The notes under the pieces are model-generated. The model had not been told where the DNA came from. It searched no databases and saw nothing but the letters and a program-made list of their open reading frames with translations. The position numbers were made by a program, and so were the translations under genes. A stretch of 64,000 nucleotides of DNA from an uncultured Gemmatimonadaceae bacterium (GTDB taxonomy: Bacteria > Gemmatimonadota > Gemmatimonadetes > Gemmatimonadales > Gemmatimonadaceae), in assembly GCA_963829055.1 (NCBI GenBank), contig CAWHHI010000009.1, positions 32,001 through 96,000 on the forward strand, read 5' to 3'. Positions 45,224 through 57,364 of the stretch are shown here, piece by piece (the stretch's first letter is position 1; every line of letters starts with the position of its first letter).

Positions 45224-45767
45224 TCAGCGCGACAGATGTTGGCGTGCGCTGGGTTGAACACCGCTCTCGAACGAGTACACGCGCCACGGATGCGCGTCGC
45301 CGGCGCGCTCCGACTCCACTCCGGTGCCCCCGGTGAACTCCGTGATCACGTCCCTCCAGAACTCCACGGCGCCAATCTTCCCCGAGGAAACGCGAACGAG
45401 CCACTTGCCCGGCAGACGCGTCCACAACAGTGCAGCCGCTCGACGACCCACGCTGCGAGCGGCGGTAGCTCCGAAGCACGAAGAACTCGGCCAGATCGAG
45501 CACGCTCGGATCGTCCGTGATGGGGGAGCCGCGGGTGACCAGCGCGAATCCCGCGAGGCGTGCATCACATCGGATGAGAAACGCGAACCGGTTTTCGGGC
45601 TCCGCCCAGTAGAGCGGAAGCCGGCGGTATCCAAAGCGCCCATCCGCACCGATCACGAGATGCGGGAATGCGTCACTCATCTCGTGGATGTACAACTCGA
45701 GCAGATTGGCCAACACTCCGGCATCGACGGATGTCGCTACGTCGAGGACGACATTGTGGGAGTGCAC
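45224..45767 (-). CDS. GNAT-family acetyltransferase (frameshifted)
   Basis: LLELYIHEMSD, LAGFALV, LAEFFVLRSYRR then VGRRAA...PGKWLVRV...AVEFWR in the next frame. Confidence 0.78.
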
Positions 45768-46008
45768 TCGTATCGCATCCGGTCAGGGTACACCAGCTCG
45801 CCGTGGTCAAGTATCGATGGCCTGCGTGATTCGCCCCGAGTCCGTCCTCATCGCACCGTCAACTGCGACGAACGAATTTCCGTGTGCTGGACGCCGAACG
45901 GAAGCCCACTCACCGCAAAGTCACGACTGTCTGTCGGAGCGAGACGTCCTGAGCTAATGTCTGCGCGTCCGCATGATCGCCGGTCTCCCATCTACCCTCC
46001 GCCTCGCC

Positions 46009-47073
46009 ATGAGCTCGCCCGTCAAGCCTTCCGCTCCGCTCTCGAAAGCCGATTTCACCGCAATGGCGACGATCGCGAGGGCACGCAAGGAAAACCTGCA
46101 GACAATGTTCGGTGGTGCGACGATCGTGTACGGCAAGGTATCGGCGGCTGGCACGGCCAAGACCCTGCTATCGACTGGTAAGGGTATTTACAAGAACGTC
46201 AGGACCCTCGCCTCGGCGGGTGGGACCGCGGCGAGTGCCGCGTCGTCCAGCGGACTGCGTGCCCAGGCGCAGAAGCTGATTGTCGAGGCGGTCGGTGTGG
46301 ACAGTCTCCAGGACCTCATCGAAGTCATCACGAACGGCGTGGTGGAAGAGCTGGTGAAGGAGATGCTGCCCTACGTCGGCATCATCACCTCGAGCTACAA
46401 GGCGGCCAACGCCTGGAAGGCGGTCGTCGATCAGGCGCGCAAGGAGCTGGACTGGGACGCCTACACTGATTTCGTTCTTCCGGGCGACCCGCTCGCGGCG
46501 TGCGCCGCTGTCCGCACCATCCTGAGGCGCAACATCGCTCGCGACACCGTACAGGCGACCATTCAGACGGCCGCCGTCGCGTCGAAGATCGCAGGACTCG
46601 CCGGAGACTTCGGGTCAGGCGCGACCACGACGGTCATCGGGCTTGCGTCGGGTCTCGCCTCGCTCGCCGTCGAGCTCACGCAGCTCGGCATCGACATCCG
46701 TGAGATGCGCGCCGGCAACAAGCGACTCGCGAAGCCGGACACGCTGGACAAATCGATCTTCCGCGAGTGCCCGCTCGTCGGCTCCTACCTCCTCGCGTAT
46801 TCGCCGACATCCATGGTGCTCAACTTCTTCGTCGCCGACATCGGATTGCCTGGCTGGATGGATCGCATCGAGCAATTCAAGAAGCAGGGGTTGGACCCGG
46901 TCGTCGAAACGGCGGAGGCGCAGATTACGCGATCCCGCATCACCATCACGGGTTTCAACACCGGCAAGGGCGTGGTCGCCAGCAAGTCGATCAGCGACAA
47001 GCTCGCGTCGATCAATTACAAGAACGTCAAGTTTCAGTTCAACCGCGTCGTCCGCTCGAAGTTGCCGTTCTGA
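46009..47073 (+). CDS. Hypothetical predominantly helical protein
   Basis: Uninterrupted ~354-codon ORF with GC3-rich codons; no family recognised. Confidence 0.75.
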   Translation: MSSPVKPSAPLSKADFTAMATIARARKENLQTMFGGATIVYGKVSAAGTAKTLLSTGKGIYKNVRTLASAGGTAASAASSSGLRAQAQKLIVEAVGVDSLQDLIEVITNGVVEELVKEMLPYVGIITSSYKAANAWKAVVDQARKELDWDAYTDFVLPGDPLAACAAVRTILRRNIARDTVQATIQTAAVASKIAGLAGDFGSGATTTVIGLASGLASLAVELTQLGIDIREMRAGNKRLAKPDTLDKSIFRECPLVGSYLLAYSPTSMVLNFFVADIGLPGWMDRIEQFKKQGLDPVVETAEAQITRSRITITGFNTGKGVVASKSISDKLASINYKNVKFQFNRVVRSKLPF

Positions 47074-47278
47074 CGACGCGCCAGGCACACGCGGCTGTGC
47101 CGCTCGCCTATTCGTTAGGCGGGGAAGTGGGGCGCTCTGAACCGTCGTCTCATCCGTAGTGACTGTCCGCAGGGGAGCCAAGAGGGTGTCTGGAGGCTGT
47201 AGCAATGCGAATCACGCTGGACGCCCTGCTTGTGCTCCTCGCGAAACGAAACCGCGCCCAGCGGAGCTCGGGACTGGC

Positions 47279-48644
47279 TCAGATGAATTTGAGGGTCCAT
47301 AACGCGTAGATCACCGCCATGGACACGACACCGTTCACGATCATCACGCCGCCGAACGAGATGAGCGCCGAGCGGAGCGGCATGCGCGTCAGCGACGTGC
47401 ACACCCAGAAGTAGCTCGAGTTCACGTACTTCGTGATGATGCCGCCGGCCGACGCGGCGAGCATCGTCGCCTCGGGACTCAGGCCGAGCGTCGCCATCAT
47501 TGGCGCGACGATCGACGCCGCCGTGATCACACCGACCGTCGTCGATCCGGTGATCATGTTGCCGACGACGCCTAACACGAACGGCAGGAAGATCGCCGGC
47601 AGTCCCGGTCGACTCCATCGCCTTTGGCGATCGCGTCGACCGCCGGCGTCTGGCGCAGGATCTGACTCAGCGCGCCGCCGAGTCCCACGACCATGATGAT
47701 CATGGCCGAGGTGCGGAGCGCGTTCTCGATCCACTCGCTCGTACGCGCGCTGCGCCTGATCGCGCTTCGTGTTGCGGTACGCGATGCAGCACGCCGATGC
47801 TCAGCGCGACGACGGGCCATCCGAGGTAGAGCATCGCCGCGATTCGACGATGTGTCCCTTGGGCAGCAGCATCGTCGCCGTGCTCTGCGCCGCGATCAGC
47901 AGCAGCGGAATGAGGATCGGCGCGAACGCCCAGAACGTCGTGGGCAGCTCGGCTTCGCGTCCGCGCTCGACGAACGACTGACCGATGAACTCGGGCGACG
48001 GCGGCGACGCGAGACGTGGCCCGACGGCCAGCGCGTACAGCCAGCCGAAGAAGCTCGCGATGATCGAGACGAAGCAGCCCCAGACGATCACGCGTCCCAT
48101 GTCGGCGTGCAGGATCGCGACGGCGGCGAGCGGGCCGGGCGTCGGCGGAACCATCGCGTGCGTCAACTGCATCGCGCCGATGAGTCCGGTGCTCATGACG
48201 CTCATGTTGAGCCCACTGCGGATGGCGGCGGAGTGGACGAGCGGGTTCAGGATGACGTAGCCGACGTCCGAGAAGATCGGAATGCCGATCACCCATCCGC
48301 TCAGCGTGAGCGCGAGCGGCATGCGCTTCTCGCCGACCCAGCGGATCATCGAAATCGTGATGCGCTCGATGCCGCCCGGTGTGCTTCAGCCCTTCGGCGA
48401 GGATGGTGCCGACGACGATCACGACGGCGATGCTCTGCACGGTCTTCCCGAATCCGATCTCGAACGCGCGCGATGAACACGGCGCGATCGATGCCGGGGA
48501 GGAGCGCGAACAGGAGGATGGGCACGAGCAGCGCGATGAAGACGTGCCATCGGAACTTCGTGATCAGCGAGGAACAGCAGCGCGACGACGCCGATCAGTC
48601 CGCCGAGGGCGATGAGCGTGCTGTCGGTGATCCTTGGGATCCAT
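47279..48644 (-). CDS. GntP-family permease (heavily frameshifted)
   Basis: GIPIFSDVGYVIL, THAMVPPTPGP, GSTTVGVITAA and VNSSYFW motifs. Confidence 0.82.
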
Positions 48645-48819
48645 TCGTCAGGTGGTCAGGTGGTGGGTGCATTCGCGAACGCGGTGCAGTCCGGCGATCG
48701 CCGACGTAGATTCGCGACGCCGAGTCACGCAGATGCCACTAGACGACCGGTCGCAGGTCTGACGACAGACCATCGTGAATCTTCGAGTACGTGACCTGAT
48801 TCGCAGGACTCTACCGCGA

Positions 48820-48903
48820 CGATCGCGATTCCTCATGCGCCCAGAGGCACCCGCGCCGCTTCGCGGCTCCGCTCGGAATGACACCCGCTCGCTCGGAATG
48901 ACG
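48820..48903. repeat. Right half of the GTCATTCCGAGC REP with a duplicated CGCTCGGAATGAC end
   Basis: ATCGCGATTCCTC and CTCCGCTCGGAATGACAC are shared with the 21628-21756 copy. Confidence 0.65.
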
Positions 48904-51834
48904 ACACATTCCCGGACCAGCGTCACTGGATGCACTGCACGACGCGACGTGCCCTGCGCGATCTGCTGACGACACGACACGCCCGTCGCCGCGACGATCG
49001 CATCGGCGCGGCGCCTTCACCGCCGGAAAGAGCCGCATGCCGCCGATCTGCGAGCGACAGGTCGTAGTGCTCACGCTCGAAGCCGAACGAGCCCGCCATG
49101 CCGCAGCAGCCCGCGTCCAGCACATCCACCGTCGCGCCTGGAATGCGACGCAGCAGCGCAATGCTTCCCGCCGTCGCATTCGATGCCTTCTGGTGGCAGT
49201 GACCGTGAAAGAGGATCGGTCGTCCCGCCGACGGCCGCGTTAGGGTCCAGCGTCAAGACCGCCGTCGTCGATCGCCTCGCGCGAGCAGGTCGTCGACCAT
49301 GCGTGCCTGACGCGCAATCGCCGCGCGCGCTCGAATCGCCCGCGTGCGAGAGTCCGGCAGCTCGTCCTTGAGCGTGAACACGCATGACGGCTCGCAGCCG
49401 ACGATCGGAACGTCCCTCGCAGCGCCGCCGGCGCGAGCTGCGCGATCAGGTCGCGTGGCGCTGACGCGCGCTTCGTCGAGCAGTCCCTTCGAGATCAACG
49501 CGCGACCGCAGCAGACGTCGCCCGCGAGCTGCACATCCCAGCCCGCCATCTCGAGCAACTCGATCGCCGCGCGACCGATCTCCGGCTCCGTGTAGCTCGT
49601 GAACGAATCGGCGAGGAAGACCACCGGCCCGCGACGCACACCGTTCGTCGGGCGCCAGCGGTGCTCGCCGCGCGAACCAGCGCTGCAGCGTCTCTCGCTC
49701 GAACTGCGGCAGCGCACGGCGGCGATCGATGCCGCCGAAACGCTCGACCAGCGCACGCACCGGCCGCGACCCGGCGACCCAGTTCGACAGTGGCGCCAGC
49801 GCCGACGCCGACGCGATTGAGCGTTCGCACGTGACCGAACACGCGCGCGCGGAGCGGCACGCCGTGCTGCTGCGTGGTAGTGCGACAGGAACTCCGACTT
49901 GAGCGCCGCCATGTCCACCGACAGCGGACACTCCGTCTTGCACGCCTTGCACTCGAGGCAGAGGTCGAGCATCGTCGTGGAGGCCCTCGTCGCCTAACGC
50001 CGCATGCGGATCCGGCGACGACAGCGCGTGCACGAGCGCGTTCGCGCGACCGCGCGTCGAGTGCTGCTCGTCGCGCGTGGCCATGAACGACGGGCACATC
50101 GTGCGTGCCCGCCAGCTCCGACTTCCGGCACGCGCCGATTCGCGCGCAGCGGTTCGCGGCGCCGCGCATGCCGCCATCGGCCGTCGAACGAGAAACTGCG
50201 TCGCGACCGGCAGCGCCCTCGGCAGCGCCGGCTCGCGCAGATGCTCCGTCATGCGCGGCGCGTTCACCTTCTTGCCCGGGTTGAATCGGCCGTGCGGGTC
50301 GAAGATCTGCTTGAGCGAGCGCATCGCACCATACAGCTCGTCGCCGAAGATCCTGCGCGTTGAACTCACTGCGCACGAGACCGTCGCCGTGCTCGCTGCT
50401 GTTCGTTGCCGCCGAACTCCGTGACGAGCGCGCACACCTCGTCGGCGACTGCGCGCAGCGTCGTCGACCGCACCGGGCTTCGTCAGATCCATGAACGGCC
50501 GGATGTGCAGACACCCGGCCGACGCATGACCGTAGAAGCCCGCCCTCGAGCCCATGTCGCTCGAGCAGCTCGGCGAAGCGATGCGTGTATTCGCCGAGTC
50601 GCGTCGGATCGACCGCGGTGTCCTCGACGAACGCAACGGATCGCTCGCCACGCTCACCGGCCGCACTGAGCAGGCCGAGTCCCGCCTTCCGCAGCTCGCG
50701 AAAGCGCGTCAGGTCACCGCTGGTTTCGCGCGCGCAGCACGGCGTAGCCATGACCGTTCGCGCGCCACAGCGCCTCGAGTCGCTCCGCGGACGCCCGCGC
50801 TTCCGCCGGCGTGTCGCCGTAGAACTCGAGCCACAGCAGCGCGCCCGGATCACCGTCGAGCACGGACACGAGCTTGCCGTGCGCGGCCGAGCGACGCGCC
50901 AGATCGAGAATGAAGCGGTCCACCAGCTCGATGCACGGCGGCGTCGCACTCGCGCGCGTCGTCGGCGGCGGCGATCGCCTGCGGCGACCGTCTCGAAGTG
51001 GCCGGCGACGCCCACGACCGCCTTCGGCTGCGGAACGAGCCTAACGCTGGCCTCGACCACGACGGCCAGCGTGCCCTCTGAACCGACGACGAGGTTCGCG
51101 AGATTGAACGGGCCGCGCTCGGACAGCATGCGCTCGAGGCGATAGCCGCCGGACTTTCGCCAGAACGGCGGGAAGTCGCGACGGATCGCCGTCTCATGCT
51201 GCGCGACGAGACGCGGCACGTCGCGATGCAGACGCGCATCGAGCGAGTCGCCCTGCGCCGCGACGCGCGACCTCGCGCCGCGTCGAGCGGACCGAATCGC
51301 GCTCGGCTACCGTCCGACAGCACGACATCGAGCGACTCGACGTGATCGATCGTCATGCCGTAACGCGCCGAGCGCGCGCCGCACGAGTTGTTGCCGATCA
51401 TGCCGCCGAGCGTGGCGCGGTTCGACGTGGACGTATCGGGCGCGAACATGCAAGCGGTGCGCGCCGGCCGCCTTGTTCAGATCATCCTGGATGAGCCCCG
51501 GCTGCACGCGCGCGGTCATGGCGTCGGCGTCGAGGCTGATCGAGACGATGCATGTGCCGCGACATGTCGAGCACGACGGCGCGCCCGACCGTCTGGCCGG
51601 CGAGACTCGTCCCGGCACCGCGCGGCAGCACCGGCACGTCGAACTTGCCGGCGACCTCGACTGCCGCCGCGACGTCGTCCGCATCGCGCGGGAACGCGAC
51701 GCCTAACGGCTCGATGGCGTACAGGCTCGCATCGGTCGAGTACGAGATGGCGCGTGTATCGAATCGAACCGGATCTCGCCGCGCGAGCGCGGCGCGCAGC
51801 GCGCGCTTCGAGCTCTGCGTCAGCGACTCCGCAT
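48900..51834 (-). CDS. FAD-linked oxidase fused to an Fe-S/CCG domain (GlcD/GlcF-like; heavily frameshifted)
   Basis: PRGAGTSLAGQ, ATLGGMIGNNSCG, GSEGTL, EHGDG, CLECKACKTECP, CCG and GCCGMAGSFG motifs. Confidence 0.85.
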
Positions 51835-52651
51835 CAACGACCTTCCCACCGTGGCGTGCGCTTCTCGATGAAGGCGGCCACGCCTTCGCGAAAGTCGCGG
51901 CTGCCGTACGCGCGGCGCACGAGATCGTCGTCGATACTCCGGCCGTCATTGGCGAACGATCGGCTCACGATCCGGCGAACGGCTTCCCGCGTCACCTGCA
52001 GCGTGATCGGCGCGTTCGCCGCGACGCGCGTGCAGAGCGCGTCGAGCTCGCGAGTCGAACGCGTCGGGCTCGATGACGTCGAGCACGAAGCCGAACGCGC
52101 GCGCCTCCTCCGCAGACATCAAGTCGGCCGTGAGCAGCATGGCCTTCGTGCGCGACAGCTCCGAGCGCCGCGACGAGGCGCGCGTAGTTCGCCATCGAGA
52201 GGCAGTTGCCGAGCGTCTTCGCGATCGGAACGCCGAAGCGCGCGTCAGGCGTCGCAGACGCGCAGGTCGCACGCGGTGGCGAGCACCAGTCCACTACCGA
52301 CGGCGTAGCCCTCCACGGCCGCAATGGTGACGACGTGGCAGCGACTCCAGTTTCGCGATGACGGGCTCGAGCCGCCGCTCGTACGCGACGCCATCGTCCC
52401 CCGACGTGAACGACGACGAACTGCGCGATGTCCGTTCCGGCAACGAAGTGTCCGCCTGCGCCGCGCAACACGGCGACACGCAGATCCGGCTCCGAAGCGA
52501 CGCGATCCAGCGCCTGGTCGAGCTGCTCGTACATCGACCACGTCATCGCGTTGCGCGCGCTCGGTCGTTCGAACGTGATGACGGCGGTCGTCCCGCGCCG
52601 CTCGAAGCGGACGATGCCGCCGTCGGAGGCGCGCGGTGGGGTGTTGCTCAT
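51834..52651 (-). CDS. Enoyl-CoA hydratase/isomerase family protein (frameshifted)
   Basis: RNAMT, FVAGTDI, IAAVEGYAVGSG, ACDLR and FGVPIAKTLGNCLS motifs; ends EKRTPRWEGR. Confidence 0.85.
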
Positions 52652-52656
52652 CTCCG

Positions 52657-54864
52657 TCAGTCGTGGGGACGCGCGAGCGCGCGGTCGAAGAAAGCCGCCG
52701 TCGCCGAATCGACGCGCGCCCAGTTCGAGCGGCGCATCATGTGGTGCGTGTCATCCACGATCACCATTTCCTCGAACGGCACGCGCGCCGCCTCGAGTCG
52801 CCGCACGAGATCGACCGTTCCAGCGAAGCGCACGTTGCGGTCGTCGTCGCCGTGGATCAGCAGCACGGGTGAGCGCCACGTCGACACCGAGGCGACCGGC
52901 GACGACGTCCACGCCGTCTTCCGCGCGCGCTCGAGGTCCGGCGCCTCCTCGAAGCGTCCGCTCCCTGCCGAGGCGGCGAACGCCCGGCCTGCTCCGGAGT
53001 TGGGCGTCGTGAAGTCGTGCACGCCGTGGACGTCCACGCCGGCGGCAAACACGTCGGAGTTGCGGCCGAGCGCGAGCGCGACGAGGAAGCCGCCGTACGA
53101 GCCGCCGAAGATGCCGACGCGGCGCGCGTCGACGTCCGGCCGCGCCTGCAGCCACCGCGCTCCCGCGAGCACATCCTGGTACTCGGCCGCGCCCTGCGCG
53201 CCGGCGTTAGGCGGGTGGTGAAACTCGTTCCCGTAGCCGATGCCCAGCCGATAGTTCACCGAGAGCACGACGTATCCCTTGGCGGCGAGGTACTGGTTGG
53301 ACGCGTACGAGTTCGCGTAGTAGTCCATGTAGTGCCAGCCGAGCAGCATCTGGCGCTGCGGGCCGCCGTGGACGAAGACGAGCGCGGGACGCTTGCCGGT
53401 CACGTCGGTGCGGGCGAAGAGCTGCGCGTGCACCTCGGTCCCGTCCGGCGCCTTGTAGACGACCTGCCTCGGCGTCACGAGCTTGCGCGGCCGGGAAATC
53501 GGCGGGGATGCGGTCCTCACCGAGGAGCCGCGTCGAGCCACCTTCCGACTGCATGACCGCGGGCAGCGCTGGACGCTGCGCGGTGGCACTGAAAAACGCG
53601 ACCGCGCTTCCGTCGCCCGTCACCACCGGCGACGACTCGATCCCCGTTCCAGGCGTGAGCACCTCGGGCGCGGCGCGATCGACGGGCACTCGCGTTAGGT
53701 GGCGACGGTCGATGTCCTCGCGCGCGGGGCCGGTGTTCGCGGCGAACACGAGAAAGCGGCCGTCGGCGCTGAGCCTGACGTTCTCCGCCATGTACCGGCC
53801 TGGCGTCAGGAGCAGTGGCGTCCCGCCCGTGTCCGGCATCGAGTAGAGGTGTGGCCATCCATCGATGGTGGAGAGGAACGTGATGCGGCCGCCGGCCGCC
53901 CACTGCAGGTTCGCACCGCCGTCCGAGGTCGGCAGCGAGCCGCGCACCGTCGCCGGCGCCTGCCACAGCCGCCGTCCTTCGCCGGTGGCCACGTCGGCGG
54001 TCCAGACACCCCAGCGCACTCGACGCTGCGCGAGCAAGCGAGTCGGGTGCACCCCCAGTGCCGGGCGTGCGGACGAACGCGATGCGTCGTCCGTCCGGAG
54101 ACCAGCGCGGTGTCCTGTCACGCGAGGTCGACGGCGCGAGCCAGCGGATCGGCGTCGAGTCGTTCGTGTAGATCCCGATGAATGCGTGGTCGCCGCGGTT
54201 GGAGACGAACGCCAGGCTCGACCCGTTAGGCGCCCACTGCGGCTCTTCGGCGTCACCGTTCGCGGCGAAGAGGCGGCGGGCTGGCGCCGAGCCATCCACG
54301 GGCACCGTCCAGATCGCGTGGTCGCGGATGAATGCCACGGCGTCGCCCGCGGGGGACACGGTCGGCTCGTCGCCGTCCCCCAGGAGCTTCGGCTGGGCCG
54401 CCAGCGAATGGCACTGACCAGACCTGAATCTTCGGCGCGACCGGTAGTGAAAGCGGGTTGGGAGACGCGCCGCTCCAATTCCCTCCGTGATCGCCGCCGC
54501 GCACGTACACGACGTATCGGCCGTCGCGCGTCAGCTGGACGCTCGTGAGCTCCTGGCCGTCATCGCGGTCGTACGCCGTGATCTGTCGCGGGCGAAAATC
54601 CGGACCCTCCGCGACCCACAGATTGCGTCGCCCGGCTTCGTCGAGGGCCCACGCGATGCGGCTGCCGGTGGGTGCCGCGGTGAGCTCGGAGGGGAACGGG
54701 TAACCCGCGATCTGCGCGAGCGTGAACGGCGCTGCTGCCGGGCCCGACGGCGGCGCTGACTGGGCGGCGAGGGGAACGGCCACCAGCAGCGCCACGACCG
54801 GGACGCAGGAGCCGAGGTGGAACGAAGTACGGTCGTCAGCGCGACGGCGAAACGGACGCAACAT
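52657..54864 (-). CDS. S9-family peptidase with PD40/TolB-like repeats (frameshifted)
   Basis: VHGGP, GGSYGG, HGDDD and DDTH motifs; PRWSPDG repeats; signal peptide. Confidence 0.85.
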
Positions 54865-55106
54865 TGGGAGGTGGCGCGGCTGGGGACGCCGGTGATCGCC
54901 CGCGTGGCGAACCGGCGTGCGAACGTATCGCGCGAACCCGGACCACGCTACCACTGTGCTACACCATGTGCCACGCGATGCCGGGCGCTGGCGGTCAGGG
55001 CGGTGCGCCTAACGCGAATAAAGCCGCCGACCCGTACAGCGCCGGCCAGAAGGGGCCTCTGGCATCGGCCGTGCGCCTGATGCGGCGCGATCCGCTTCCC
55101 AAAGGC

Positions 55107-55166
55107 CGCGGACGAACTATCCGGGGATCGCAATTATCGCGGACGAATTATCGCGGACGAATTATC
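55107..55166. repeat. 14-bp direct repeats CGCGGACGAATTAT upstream of the araC-family gene
   Basis: Two exact tandem copies (55138-55165), one variant (55107-55120) and one partial copy. Confidence 0.7.
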
Positions 55167-55214
55167 AAGTGCCGGCCCGCCAGCGCTGTTACGATGAGAG
55201 TATCGGAGACGAAA

Positions 55215-56048
55215 ATGTCGCTTCCAGACAAGGCACTGTGGATCATAGAGCGCAACTCTACCCAACCCCTCACGCTCGACGGCATCGCCGCGGCGTGCGG
55301 TGTCTCACGGTCTCATCTGGCCCATGCCTTCGGCACCGCGACGGGCCTGTCAGTCATGCAATACGTGCGCGCGCGTCGCCTGTCGGCAACAGCGCAGGCA
55401 CTCGCGGCCGGCGCGCGTAACATCCTCTCGCTCGCACTGGAGGCGGGCTACGGTTCGCACGAAGCCTTTACACGCGCGTTCCGCGAGCGCTTCCAGCAAA
55501 CCCCCGAGAGCGTGCGCGAGCGGCGCAGTGTCGCCGGACTCGAGCTCGTTGGCCCACTCGAGCTGCGGCCTCACGCCAATGTCCGCCTCGATCCGCCTCG
55601 CATCGTCGACGAACACGTCATACGCGTTGTCGGCCTCGCCGAGCGTTGCTCGTTCGACACGACCATCACGATTCCCGCGCAGTGGCAGCGGTTCATGGAG
55701 CTCTACCCTGCCATTCCCCATAAGCGCGACCGCATTCCCGTCGGCGTGAACTACGGCGCGGACGACGACGGGCAGTTCCAGTACATGTGCGGCGCCGATG
55801 TGCATCGCTTCGGGGAGCGCATGCGAGGGCTGCTGCACCTCGAGATCCCGCCTCGACAGTATGCGGTGTTCGAGCACTGCGGACACGTGTCCACGATCTA
55901 CGAGACCTACCGCAGCATCTGGAGCGACGCGATGCCTAACACTGGCCGCTCTGTGGCTGATGCTCCGGTCATCGAGCGGCACAATCCGACGTTCGACCCA
56001 CGCACGGGAGAGGGCGGGCTGACGTTGTGGATACCCCTGACCTCGTGA
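55215..56048 (+). CDS. AraC-family regulator with a GyrI-like effector domain
   Basis: HTH with LALEAGYGSHEAFTRAF; C-terminal IPAQWQRF and YAVFEH motifs. Confidence 0.9.
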   Translation: MSLPDKALWIIERNSTQPLTLDGIAAACGVSRSHLAHAFGTATGLSVMQYVRARRLSATAQALAAGARNILSLALEAGYGSHEAFTRAFRERFQQTPESVRERRSVAGLELVGPLELRPHANVRLDPPRIVDEHVIRVVGLAERCSFDTTITIPAQWQRFMELYPAIPHKRDRIPVGVNYGADDDGQFQYMCGADVHRFGERMRGLLHLEIPPRQYAVFEHCGHVSTIYETYRSIWSDAMPNTGRSVADAPVIERHNPTFDPRTGEGGLTLWIPLTS

Positions 56049-56097
56049 TCGATCGTGTGATGGATCGTGGTCCTGTCAACGATGAGGATGACCGGAA

Positions 56098-57319
56098 ATG
56101 CACTACGACAGCATTGGCGCACTGAGCAGACGTATCCAGGAACAGACCGTATCACCCGTCGACGTCGTCGACGCGTGCTTGAAACGCATCGCGACGTTGA
56201 ATCCCGTCCTGAACGCGTTCATCACCGTCATGGCCGACGATGCACGAGACCAGGCAAGGGAAGTCGAGGCGGAGATCAGGAGCGGAGGGTGGCGAGGCCC
56301 GCTGCACGGGGTGCCAGTCGCGGTGAAGGATTTCTATGACACGGCCGGCGTGGCGACAACAGCCGGGTCGGAGCAGTTCAAGGACCGCGTGCCGGATACG
56401 GACGCCGAAGCCGTCGGGAAATTGAGACGAGCCGGCGCGATCGTCATCGGCAAGACCAACATGGACGCACTCGGCATGGCGACCACGGGGTTGACCGGCT
56501 ACTTCGGACCGGTGCGCAACCCATGGAACGGCGACTACGTGACTGGTGGCTCGTCGGCTGGCTCGGCGGCGGCGGTGGCCGCTGGGCTGTGCTTCGCGAC
56601 GCTCGACACCGATGCGGTTGGTTCGGTGCGTCTCCCGGCGGCGTGTTGCGGCGTGGTGGGATTCAAGGGCAGCTCGGACTTGATCAGCATCAGGGGCATT
56701 CTGGGCGATCAGCCGGTGGATGACTTTGTCCGCTGGATGGCCCACGCCGCGGTGACGACACGCAGTGCCGCGGATACGGCGCTCGTGCTGAATGCGGTCG
56801 CTTCACGCGACGAGGATTTTGCCGCCGGAGTCGTTAGGGCCGACACAACGGTTCGAATCGGCGCGGGCAACAACTTTACCGCGGACGCCGAAGTCAAGCG
56901 GGCATTCGACAAGGCCGTGGCCGCGCTTCAGAGATGCTGGATACGACATCCGTGAGACCGCCGTGCCGTTCGGCGACCCCAGCCAGGGCAGCATGGCCAA
57001 CATCGAGGCTGACCGTCGCGGCATTGTCAGTGAAGCCTTCACGGATGTCGACGTCATGCTGCTCCCGACATTGGACTCGACTGTTCCAACCGTGGCCGAG
57101 GCGACGAAGAATCCCGAGCAGGGGGTTTCAGCGGAGTCCACTGCGTTTGCCAACTACTACAGCCTGCCGGTCGCGAGTGTGCCCTGCGGGTTCGATAGCC
57201 ACCACATGCCCATCGGCCTGCAGATCGTTGGCAAACCCGGTGGCGAACGCACCGTTCTGAACGTTGCGCACCAGTACGAGCTCGCCGCGAAGCTCGGGTC
57301 GATGCATCCGATCGCGTAG
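56098..57319 (+). CDS. Amidase signature-family protein (GatA-like; frameshift near 56930)
   Basis: GPLHGVPVAVKD, GKTN, GGSSAGS, DTDAVGSVRLPA and PIGLQIVG motifs. Confidence 0.88.
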
Positions 57320-57364
57320 GCACGCCCGCCGTCTACATCACACGCAACTGCAACCCGCGCACAC

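Noticed and set aside
47185..47280. GGAGG plus ATG short ORF (MRITLDALLVLLA...)
   Set aside because: Runs into the convergent gntP end after a few codons; at most a gene-start remnant.
28234..54864. Mass pseudogenisation or programmed frameshifting in ileS, gntP, the oxidoreductase and others
   Set aside because: Breaks are scattered single-base indels with motifs intact on both sides and almost no in-frame stops, affecting unrelated genes. This best fits long-read consensus error; read polishing would settle it.
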